DNA of 64,000 nucleotides from Lingula anatina (Eukaryota > Animalia > Brachiopoda). Numbering within the stretch: the first letter of the stretch is position 1; each line of letters starts with the position of its first letter. The translations under genes and the position numbers were made by a program. The stretch spans positions 6,758,001-6,822,000 of the forward strand of contig CM120641.1 of assembly GCA_051362555.1 (NCBI GenBank), given 5' to 3'. Shown one piece after another: positions 14,061-36,418 of this stretch. Under the pieces are notes generated by a model, which was not told the DNA's origin, did no database searches, and saw nothing but the letters and a program-made list of their open reading frames with translations.

Positions 14061-17000
14061 ACAAACATAACTGTTCAAATCAAGCAGATGTTCAATTTGA
14101 GCCGTATTTTCCTAACACTGATGACTCCTGTGATTTTCTAAACCTATTGGTTTTCCTTGAAATGTGTTATCAGTATTGCATATTTGCTGACAAAAGAGAA
14201 AACCTTGGGACAACAGTAGGCAGATCTCTGCTAGTTTTGAAGATATGAGGGGCAAGAAAATATGCAGAGTTCAGTTTGTGGTGAAAAAGTAGGTCAAAGG
14301 TCAATTTCAAGGTCACAGTATATGACTTCCTACAGAAGTTCAATAGTAGCTATGGGCATTTCTTTGCCAATTTTGGAGATATGAAGGCCAGGAAACATGC
14401 AAAGTGCAGTTAATCATAAATAGTAGGTCAAAGGACAATTTCAAGGTCACAGTAAGATTGCCAGTATATGACTTCCTATTCAAGTTCAATAGTAACTATG
14501 GGCGTATCTCTGCTAATTTTGGAGTATTTCACATTTTCCCCACTGAATGTTGCGATGTTGTAATTTTTGATATAGGGCAACGCCTAAACCATATCAAAAA
14601 CAAAAAAATGGACACCACCCCCAGTATTGCACTTAACAAGCTCTACAAAATGCAATAAAAAAGAGGTCTCTGGCATTTACTGTTCCAGATTTAGAGCGAG
14701 TTTTCTGTTTTGGTATCTAATGACTGCTTCTCCCGTGAAACTGCACTGATTGACCCCAAACTCTCAAAGATGAAAGGAGTCACCAATGGTAACCCCTCAC
14801 TATAACAGGAGAGCTTAGGGCTGCGTAGTTTCCAAAAATTAGCACAAACAAATATTTTTTTACAGAAAATTCCCATTTTTAGAAAATTTTGGCTTGTTTG
14901 ACCTTGAAAAAAAGGTCAAAAGTCAAATCCAAGGGCATATTTGGAATCTCCACATATGACTTTCGGTCAGACTTCTGTAGTAATTTTTCCCATAATTCCT
15001 TTGGTTTGGGAGATATTTAGCATTGAATTTTCAAAAATTTTGACAAGGGTGCATTTCAACAAGCGTCACGCCCAGGCCAGTGCACCGACGGAGACAAAAA
15101 AACCAGGGTGTTCAAGTTGAGATTATATGTGACCTAAATCCAAGAGATGGGGACACAGGTCCTTGCGGTCTAGGAGGAGAAGCGGTAACGGTGACTTGTT
15201 TCCGGCGCCCGACTGCGGAGCCGGCGGAGCTGCAGGAGCCGGCGGAGCTGTACGAGACGGGTCGGGACTAAAACCATGAGTACCGCCAGCGTACACGCTG
15301 GTGGTACTAATAAAACTGACCAAGACTGCAGGACATATTATAAATGTACTAAATTGAAAATAGTGCAAAAAAGTATTATGCTATGTTACTTACTAGTCTC
15401 TTCCTCAAGTGCTGACTTTCTTGACCCTTTGTGGGCATTGGTCAATTCATCAGTAATCTGGATTTGTCTCTTGATATCATCCAATTCCATTATTGCATTA
15501 ACCAAATGTCTTTCCCAGTAGGAGTGATCCAGGCACTCCAGTAACTCAGCTAAGGCTTGAGTACTGCTGTAGTACCATACTTCATTGTCATCTTCCCTGG
15601 AAAAATGTACACATAATTCTCTAAAGGAATGTCAATGGGATTTTTTTTTGTCTAAAAACCTTCCTTTTATTTCCCTTGGTAGACAGATTGTGCCCTTGGC
15701 TAAAAGGCATGCTGCATCCTTAAATACTAATAATCCTGCTCAAATGTTGCCCCTTTACATAACTTGAAATCCAACAAATGTTACGTATTTAACTGTTCAC
15801 TTAGCTTAGGCAAAACTAGGCAGACTTTAAAACAGTTTGATACCATATTTTCCATTTGGAGCTGTATAGTGATGATGCATTGAGGAGGCCAGAAAGCCGT
15901 TCTTTTAAAGTAAAATGTATAATTCTAATATATTTGTTCTTTTCACTTAAATTTATTGTACCCTGGTAGCCTCCTACACCGCCCCCCCCCCCCCCCAAAA
16001 AAAAAATAATAAAATAAAATAAATTTTAAAAATAATAATGTAATGCCAGTAAATATGCTTTTTGATTATTAATCCACATAACACACCTAAAATTACTGTA
16101 TTTTTGTACTACTCACACTATAAGTCTCCTGCACATAAACCAGTATTTTCTACGATGCCTGTCGTATCCAATTGGGTCATGTCTGCTCGGTAATGCACTT
16201 TTTTCAAGTTCTGAGATACAATCCGTCACCCCTTTTACCTAAAAACCAGAGCCACAAGATAATCAGTTCATTGAGTCATTTCAAACATCACACTTTTGAG
16301 TTTTATTTCTGCCAAAAATATACATAAAAAAAGAAAGCAACCTGTGTCGGCCAATCGAAGAGAGGGATGCAGGAGCATTACTAAGCAGCACATTGTACTA
16401 CAATGTCTCCTCTGCTCAACCCTGTTCATGCATGCCATTGTGAAGTTTGATAATATATAAATCACAGCACAGGACTTCTGCATAATTCCTAGGTATGAGA
16501 CACTTTGCACTAATTTCATGGATCCACGGCCAAATGATGCACCTACTCTGTATTACACATGCACACAATAAAGGAAGAAAAAAATGGAAATACCACAGCT
16601 TTTATGTCCCAATTAAAATATTTCATCTTTCTGCTTATGTAAATAAAAGATTTAAAAAAAGAATAGAAAAAAGGATGGTCTGTCACTGCTAAATGTACAT
16701 ATGATCCACCATTTACTTTTACTCATTTACTGAGTACTCTACTTCCTTACCTGGTTTCCTTGGCACACAGTGCACACCCAGTCATCATCAGGGACTTCCT
16801 CCAAAGGGGGGTCAACACAGCCAAGGTGGTACACAGCTGAACAGGTTTCGCAGCACAGTAGGTCACCAAGTCTATGATATAAAGTATCAATGTTAAAAAA
16901 ATTATTTTTGGAATAATTTGAAATATAAAGTTAAATGATTATAAAAGATTTCTATCAAAGCTTTATTATTTGATTTTTAGATGGTATTTGGATAAGACTG

Positions 17001-18138
17001 AACCTACATGTATACATGTATACATGTGATACATACAGTTTTACACCCAAGACTGTACTTTATAAAAGCTTAATAAAATATCACAAAAACATACAGAAGA
17101 TATAAGGTGTCATAGAGACTCTGTTAAAAAAAAATCAATCAATCAATGTCCAAATATATAAATATTGTGAACTCACTTGTGGCAAGCCCTGCAATGATCA
17201 TCATATGCAACATTTCCTTCATTCATCAGATCTTCTCTTACTGCATTTGAACCAAGGTATAAGTCGGTCAAAGCTGTCAGCACTTGGAGTTTATCTGCAA
17301 CTCCGACAAATGGATATCCAGGTTTCTCCAAGGCTGGCATCACTGCCCTGTACTCTTGATGAAGGTCACTATCCAAATATGCTCGAATCAACTCTGGCCA
17401 AGTCATGCCATCGAGAAAAAATAGTTGAATATTTATACTATCTTTTACATCATGTGGTCCAAATGTTGTGTTATTGCCATCTTCTTCTCGTAAAAGAGAG
17501 CGTAATAAAGCTATGTGAATTTCTGCTAAAAGGCAGCACTGTTCATCACTAACAAGTGCTGCAATGAAATCTTCCAGTGTAAATGGTGTGAGACGCAGAA
17601 TTACTCTGAACCTGTGCAGCACCTCATATATACTTAATGTTTTCATTAAATGTTCACTTGGCATCATTAAATCAGTAGAACTGGTAGGTAGGATGAGAGG
17701 AGGAATGACTGTTTCATCTTCAACAAATTCTGGGCTTTTAGGACGAGGTCTGTACACCCTGGGTTTGGTCTGTGTTGTTTCCAACTCTTCATCACTGCAA
17801 ACAGATTCATCTAACTCGAATTCAGAGTCATCTTCCAAAGCCAAAGGTATCTCACTATCAAGATCACTGTGGTCCGATAGATCAGCCTCCGAGTCGTTAA
17901 AAGAATCTCTGCTGTCAAAATCATCCTCATCTAATGCTGCCCGTATAAAACTGCGAGATTTGGTTCGTGCATCCCGTTCCCTGCCACCCCGTCCAGAGAT
18001 ACTGCTTGCCGGTGTGCTGGCCCTGGAGCTGCGGTCGACTATTTGAGCTTGGCGCCTTGGGGTTTTGAGAAAATGGGATTTCCCTGACAAAGGATTTCTT
18101 GGCGGTCGACCTCGACCTCGCTTCCCCCTGGACGACAT
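889..18138 (-). CDS. BPTF: Nucleosome-remodeling factor subunit BPTF/NURF301, about 26 exons
   Basis: First exon 17177-18138 has an AT-hook (RGRGRPP), an acidic tract and a DDT domain ([24 protein letters not shown]). PHD1 follows (DDHCRACHK...[13 protein letters not shown]), then a large exon at about 7642-9540 with [19 protein letters not shown]-rich exons, two C-terminal PHD fingers ([27 protein letters not shown]; [17 protein letters not shown]) and a bromodomain ([30 protein letters not shown]). Stop at 889. Confidence 0.97.
5709..5862 (+). mobile_element. Decayed 3' stub of an RTE-clade LINE in a BPTF intron
   Basis: Translates as [29 protein letters not shown], similar to the RTE ORF C-terminus (PKTTWRRTVE.EL...G..W......A.DR..W), followed by a short AAGAAGAAGATGA tail. 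No TSD recognised. Confidence 0.7.
13810..15313 (-). mobile_element. Non-autonomous Helentron (HINE/DINE-1-like) in a BPTF intron
   Basis: The minus-strand 5' end is a T-run plus a hairpin (plus strand AGTACCGCCAGCGT-AC-ACGCTGGTGGTACT, 15279-15308), then GC-rich GCCGGCGGAGC repeats and GGTCAAAGGTCA core repeats. The 3' end has the hairpin GAGGCG-ATAC-CGCCTC (13825-13840), sharing the sub-terminal TACCGCC, and terminates in CTAGTT. Confidence 0.8.
13991..14057. repeat. (TA)n microsatellite preceded by poly-A
   Basis: Read directly; lies inside the HINE. Confidence 0.95.
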
Positions 18139-18823
18139 TATTTCGGTTTGGAACTGTTCCTACGATGTCTCTAACATATCAAGAACATGCTTACCTACTT
18201 GTAGCTGTCACTTGTTACCAAGCGGCTTATTTATAGTGTCCATGTTGAACATTTTTGGAGGCCGCCATTTTACCTAAATCAAGTCACGTGACTGAAAGTT
18301 GACCCGAAGGTTGCGGAGCTCAGGCACGTTGAGAAATCACCTAGTGGCAATCATACTGATGGTGACCATATGCAATATCTATCAGCCAAGAATCAACCCT
18401 CCTGATTCTTCTGGTCTTGTAAAAAGTTCCAAATATCCACCTTTTGAGCGGTAAAATGAAGTCAAAGTCTCGAAGCCCAAAATCGGCGACAAATTTGCAC
18501 TGTTACCAGTGAAATGATTGGCTAGCAAGTTCGCTTCGACTATGTGGCTTGTTTCTGTGATGCGAGTGTCTGTTTTCGACCTTCATTTATTTCTGCAAAC
18601 AACATACAATGCCAAAAATGAGAAAATATAGAGTTAAGCAGTTAATACAATTTACACTTTTTTTCAGATAATTTTCTTGGCATGTAAACCACACTTCTCA
18701 ATCCAGTGTTGGTTGAAATTGACCAATCATGGTGCCTGTAACTGAGACAAATTTGTTGAAACTTCCACAAGTTTCGATAGGTGGCGCAAGGTATTTCTCA
18801 TAAAGATCCTATCGCTGCCATCT
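18139..18823. promoter_or_regulatory. Bidirectional promoter BPTF/AIMP2
   Basis: About 690 bp between divergent starts, CpG-retaining, with YY1 motif GCCGCCATTTT (18261-18271) and palindromic E-box GTCACGTGAC (18283-18292). Confidence 0.75.
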
Positions 18824-20491
18824 ATGGCAATTTCACCTCAACAAGGCAGCATGGCAAATAGACCGTCTTCAACACTGTATAGTTTGAAGCCTTTTTATAC
18901 AGATGATAACATCGTATTGCCGGATGTCATGTACAAAATGAAAAGTTTTTACGGTAGTGAAGATGTCAAAAAGGTAACTAAACTTTTGTTATTTGACATG
19001 TTATGAAAATGTTTCCCTCCTCGCCTTACTTATCGCAATGGTCATTTGATATGGACCAAGACACGTTTACAAAGTACAAGTACCCGACAGTAAATAAAAT
19101 GGGGAGGGTGTTTTTCCCTTCTTTGCTTTGCGTTTTAGGGCAAGCATGAGACTGGTTTTTAAACAGTGCATGTGGTCGAACGGTATACTTAAGATTGATT
19201 GTCATAAAAAAAGTAAAGTTAAACTTGGTATTTCATCATCACTTTAGTATATTACGTTAGGCACAATTAATTTACTAATTATGTTCTATTATTTTGTACT
19301 TTACACAGCCTGATGGTTCTACAGGATATGATATAGATGCACTTGAGAAACGACAGGAGGCAATTCTTGCCAAACTTTCAGAGCTGCAAAAAGATGTACA
19401 GAAATTGTCAAACTCATGCCCACCTACATTGTCACAGAAAAGAGAATCTACCTCTGGAGCTGTGGTAAGAAAACTAAAATAGGGACTGACCACAATGTTG
19501 TGTCAAGTGTTATCAATTATATTGCTAAGAATAACTTTTTATGAGATAAAAGAATGCTGAAAGTTTTATGATAATCAGGTGTATGTAAGTTAATAAGAAA
19601 AATAATTTTTTATTTACCATTGTTTATTAATGGCATGTATAAAATTAAAATGTTTTTAGCTTTTCATTTGTTGATCAAGTTTTGAAAATATTTTCAGATT
19701 GATGAGATAATAGAAGATGTGGTCATCACAGCCAACCCTAGCTCTCCACCGCTTTCACTGTTTGTTTTATATCAACTTCTACAACAACAGTTAAGAACAG
19801 TAGGCAGCATGCATGTCCACTCTTCTGTGACCTCTGTACCAGAAAACTTGAAGGTTTTTCAAAATGGTTTCCAATCCAATAGGAGAGACTATCAACTGGC
19901 CATCACTTTGATATGGAAAAATGGTAATAGAAGATTCTGGCACTGCTGTTAATGCATGAAAAAAATCTCTACAGGCATTTATAAACTGGTATGCTTGTTA
20001 CTCTATGTGTCAAGTAAATTTTGATCCGTAAATTTTGTAGTAATTTTTTTTTTTTTTTGAAAAATGCTTATGTTGGAAATGTAATTTTTTCAGTAAACCA
20101 TGGCCCAGAACTGATGGTGAATCCTCACAAGCAGAGTCCTGTCCAAGGGGAAGGTAACATGGCTAGATACCTGGCACGTTTACTTAGCCCAGGCTATGAT
20201 AGTGTGGACCCAATTACAGCGACAGAAATTGATGTGTTTGTTGATATAGCAACCAACCAGTTGTTGCATGGAAACAGCAAGGAAAAGGCAGCAGCTTTAA
20301 GAGGACTAAATTCAAAGTTAGGAAGTTCTAGTTGGTTGGTTGGATCAGACTTGAGTTTGGCTGATATAGTGGTGTGGTCAGCTTTACAACAGACTGGACA
20401 AGCTGGCAGGGCACCTGCTAATGTACAAAAATGGATTAAAGCATGCAATAACAATTCTGCATTCAAACTGGCATTGTCAGTAGTGAGCTAA
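18824..20491 (+). CDS. AIMP2: Aminoacyl-tRNA synthetase complex-interacting multifunctional protein 2, 4 exons
   Basis: Exons 18824(or 18851)-18973, 19309-19464, 19698-19923, 20094-20491, all GT-AG. Motifs: LYSLKPFY..LPDVMYKMK, coiled coil LEKRQEAILAKLSELQKDV, DVVITANPSSPPLSL, PVQGEGNMARYLARL and a GST-C-like end (WLVGSDLSLADIVVWSAL). Confidence 0.95.
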
Positions 20492-21100
20492 CCTGGTCTA
20501 TATAATTTAAAGTTGACCTATTTGAGTGTAAGTCTACCTTACCATCATGCTTCTTATATTAGCATGCCTCCTATTTCACACACAAATTTATGTTCATACA
20601 CTTCATTGTGATATTTCTTCTATACAAAATTTCAATTTTTAATGACAACTTAAGATAATGTTAACATGGAAATCCTTGATTGTATTGTGATTTTGTGTCC
20701 ACATTTCTTTTTGTGCACTGGACTACAAAAATGATCTTGGTGTCTGTGCACTTTTTTTTTTTTTTTTTTTTGGGGGGGGGGGGCAAACTTTGTAATTTAT
20801 ACATCCAGTAATTTATATTATTTACTTATTTACCCTGTGCTTTTGCTGATTTTTAAGTTGTTGATTATTGCCTTATCAAGTACGGAATATAATAGTCCTG
20901 CAATCTTGAAATGTTTGGAAGATATTTAAAAAAAAAGTTGAAGAGAATTTGAACAAGGACAAGGAAGTGTTTGTTAACTTAAAATGTCTTATTTGTAAAT
21001 TCTTCCTGAAATAAAGTGCTTATTTTTGACAGTAAGTTATAGACATCAAGACAAATTTTTGTTTTTATTTATTTAATGGAATGAGTGATGATTGTAAAAT

Positions 21101-21142
21101 CAAGAAGTTATAATGAGAAGGCCTTCTCATTATAACTTCTTG
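21101..21142. repeat. Perfect 42-bp palindrome flanked by the 7-bp direct repeat GTAAAAT; probable DNA-transposon footprint or minimal element
   Basis: CAAGAAGTTATAATGAGAAGG|CCTTCTCATTATAACTTCTTG, with GTAAAAT at 21094-21100 and 21143-21149. Confidence 0.85.
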
Positions 21143-21579
21143 GTAAAATACAACAATTTAGTGAAGGTTACTTTCTAGTAGAAAAGATAATGAACATTAC
21201 CGACAGAATAATGTGTATGTATTATAACCACTTGTAGAACAGATTTTTTTTTACATGATTACATAAATTCCTGTCGGTATACGAAAATGAATTATATCCA
21301 AGACGAAAGGAGTTACTTTTCTGTGTCATTGTGTTAGTTGAGTCGATTGTATTCACAGGTGCTGTCACGTCTTGCACAGAGGGCAGCAGCGTAAAAGGCT
21401 TATAAACACGGATGCGGTTGTTGGTCCATGTGATTATGAGTTTAACTACAGAGAGGGCTATAATCGCTTTCGATATCATGTATAAATCCGAGTACAATCA
21501 GTTTTGACCTACACTTTCACGTGGCTCTGCAGGAATTTCCTAATACTAGGTACTGCTACCGACTTCGTTGAAGAAAATC

Positions 21580-32945
<11,366 letters not shown>

Positions 32946-34016
32946 TAATTGGTCCCATATTGCTCATTAGTAACTAATGAAAAAAAAGAAACTAATGTGA
33001 TACTCAATCATATGTTATGTGATCTGCGCTCTCTACTCTTTATCAACATGGCTCAGTTGATAAAAGATCTTTAATCATAACTTTAATTATGTAGGTTTTA
33101 GAAAATTGTTATGACAATGACTGTTATTGCTTTATTTCTCAGACTTGAACTTGTTAATGGTGCCATTTTGTTAGTGCAATTGAAATAGGAGTATGATTAT
33201 AATCACTTGAAAGTACGCAGTTGTCTCTAGGAAGAATTTGTTAATAATATATCCCAAAGGAGTGGTCAGCCTGCGTTGCTTCCGTTTAACATAAGATAAG
33301 ATGCATATGAAGTCATTTTTTGCCACAAAAAACCAACCAAATGCCAGCATATAGTTTCAAGTAGTATAACTAAGAGAATTATCAAAAGATATTGCTTAAT
33401 ATTACCCGAAACATGATATTTAAACAGATTTTTCTGCTAGCTTTCTATGCTGTATATACATGGGACAGAAAAGTAGGCCACGTAAGTAGGTTAAATTTCT
33501 AACCAAAAATTTAAACGAGTAGTCTTAAGCTCTTTTATGGCTGATCTAGTGATATATTCAGTTTGTCCCTTGGCATGTTGACTTTGAGTGGTATAAGAAA
33601 CTAGTAGAAGTGGTTTATATGTGTTACTGGGAATCTATGCTCCAATGATGCTCGGTTCATATGTACATGTACCTTTAATTTTGCTTCAAATATTTGACTT
33701 AACACTTTTTACTTCTTTGGTATGCATTCTTCACCAAGGTCAGTGGCTTTCAGGACAACTCAAAATCTCTTTTGGCTTGTAAATCAAGATTGACCTTTTA
33801 AATAAAAAATACATAAAAAACAGCACAACTGTGACTTGCTATGCTTTTATCTGTTTCATAAGTCCAACTCAGGTGTCTTAGAAGCCAGCAGAATTTTCTT
33901 AATTCAAAATTATTTAAAGATTGCACTAATTCAAATTTTACTACAAAAGAGAGAAATACTGCTGTTAAATTAAATTAAAATGTCCTTATATTCTCTTCCT
34001 ATAAAAAAAAATACTG

Positions 34017-36248
34017 TCATTTTTTTGGAGACTTGACAGGGGACTTTCTCTTCAATTCTGTCTTTCCAAATGGACATATGTGCTGATTTAGACACTGCTG
34101 ACATTTGGGTCCCACTGGAAGACAGGTCTGCTGGCCAAACCCAACCAGCAACCAGTTGATTTCAGTCCACAGTTCCCTAAAAAGTTAAATTCCAGTTAGC
34201 AATTCCATAGTCTTTGAAAAATCATTATTGTATTAAACAGGGATGAGACTTTTTGGCTCCCAAATTGGACAGTCAGAAAAATCCCATTACTGTTGTTAGC
34301 ACCAATACCACCTTTAAAAAATGAATAAAAGTTGAAAATCGCCAATAGTTAGCCAACTGTTTATAAAGTGTTATCTGTTGTTGAAATATTGGTGAAAGTG
34401 TCTACTGCCATGCAATATACATGTGAACCAAGATGCACTGGGCTCATAAGTTTTTTACTAGCTGAATCACTAAATAATATAAAAAAAAGACCAAATTCCT
34501 CCTTTGTAATCAATTCAGTACTCCAAACTGTAAGTACTTGTTACAAATGTAAACTGAAAACAAGGACATTTGTCTTCAACTGAACTGGATTTGCTATTTG
34601 AAATCTTACTTTGGCAACCAGGACTCTAGCTCCACTCTTGTATTCTCAGGTTGCACAGTGGGTTTTCTAACCCAGCCCAAGCGGTTGGAGATCCTGTGGA
34701 CATGTGTGTCTACTGCTATACCTGTCACTTCTGCCCATGCACATTTCATTACCAGGTGTGCCATTTTAGGACCAACACCTATATAATGAGATATTTGTTA
34801 ATGATATATTCCTATCACATTTGGCACCAAGAAAATATCTGTGTTCTTTAATTTCCCATATATCACCTTATAATTTACCTGTGCATATATTCAAGAGACA
34901 TTTCCAAGGTTTTAAAACTAACAGCAACCAGTTTTTATAAGAACATGTACGATCACATAACTAGTAGCAAAAATTGTGTAAAAAAAGTTCAAATGGGAAA
35001 TTAACAGCAACTGGTAACTTCTGCTGACACATTTTATAGAAATTACCTGGAAGTTTGCAAAGCTCCTCCAATGTTCTTGGAATGTCACCTTTATACTTGT
35101 CTTTTAATATCTGAGTGGTCTTTTTGATGTACTCTACTTTCCTCTTTAAAAAAAGACAAAACAACATTCTATATAAGATATTGCAAACACTATGAAGTCT
35201 GTGATTATCCACTCAATTCCACCACAGATATGCAACTTTATCCACCTCCATGTTGTGATTCAAGTATACAATCACAGATACTGTTTTATTTATATTATCA
35301 ACCATATACTGGTATTATATATACAGTATATATATACTCTGCGATATACCCTCCAAAATCCAACAGGATAAATGAGTTCCCCAAGTTTCTTGTCATCAGT
35401 GGCTAAGATGTTTGTAATGTCACAGCCATGTTGTCTTAGTCTTGTCATTGCAGCAGATGTGACCTGATCTTTGGTTTGACTTGACAGCATCAAAGACAGC
35501 AACACCTGATACCTGTAAACCTACAACAATAATAGATGCTCTCATGCATAAAAATACCTTTTTGTCATTCATGTAGGTACACCTTGCATTTGAGTTTATA
35601 CTGGTGGTACAGTAGCTGGTTGTATGGTGGTAAATCCGAAGTGATACATATTCTGTATATTAACTTAATAGTAAATACAAAACATCAAAGTAAGTACCAG
35701 AACAATAGGGGATCTAGACAACAGTATTTTTACTCGGACTGGGAAATTACCTGTGGTTTAGCGTCTTGGTCACTTATCCTGTCACAGCCCATCGTGTCCA
35801 CAGGCGCGTCCCTGTCCTTCCTCATTTCACGGATATTGTCCAGCTGTTGCCAGCAGTTTGGTGGCTCCCAAGCAGAACGCTTTGAGTCCTGTTGTTCTCT
35901 TTTAACTGGAACTTCAAAATCTTCAGCGTCAGAAATCAAATGTGCACTACTGTCTGTTTCTTCATATTCTATTTTGATTTTTTTATTGTCATTTATAATT
36001 TCCTTCTCTGTAGATGTTGATTCAGCTCTTATTGCAGATCCCGCTGATGCTGCTTTCGTCAGTTTTGACAGTTTCTTCGATGCTGCAATATCTGCCTTCT
36101 TGTCAACAACACTTTCGGATTTTATCGTCGATCTGGTAATTCTTCGGTTGAAGTATGATGACTGTTCCTCCATTACTGTGTTATTGTTCATCACAATCAG
36201 TCTCCTAATAAATGATTGCCTGGGGATAACAATGCACCGAAAAAACAT
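34017..36248 (-). CDS. NTHL1: Endonuclease III-like protein 1 (DNA glycosylase/AP lyase), 5 exons
   Basis: [53 protein letters not shown], HhH motif LCKLPG|[24 protein letters not shown] and 4Fe-4S motif C-X6-C-X2-C-X5-C ([17 protein letters not shown]). The start codon (36248 or a downstream Met) is uncertain. Confidence 0.96.
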
Positions 36249-36418
36249 CCCATCGCTCCTACTATAACTGACCTTCGATACAAAACACCATGTTTACATA
36301 AACACTGTCATGTGCTTTTCTCCCGCTAAGTCCAAAGCGAGGCAGGTGAAGGTCACTCCGGGTGGCCATTTTAGAGCTCTGTGCATGAGTACAAACAGAC
36401 TCTATCACGCATGCAATC
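36249..36418. promoter_or_regulatory. Very short bidirectional promoter NTHL1/PRPSAP
   Basis: About 170 bp between divergent ATGs; YY1-like GGCCATTTT at 36364-36372. Confidence 0.7.

Noticed and set aside
13820-14248. YIYIYI-repeat ORFs, also at 58410-58667
   Set aside because: They are translations of (TA)n microsatellites.
15080-15368. ORFs with AEPAELQ/PPAPAA repeats
   Set aside because: They arise from the GC-rich repeat at the HINE 5' end and are not coding.
35342-35349. NTHL1 donor GTATATCG as a U12-type intron
   Set aside because: It does not match RTATCCTT and no TCCTTAAC branch site is evident.
35536-36267. 243-aa plus-strand ORF, and similar ORFs at 17564-18046 and 9058-9459
   Set aside because: These are antisense shadows of real exons (NTHL1, BPTF) with no independent motifs.
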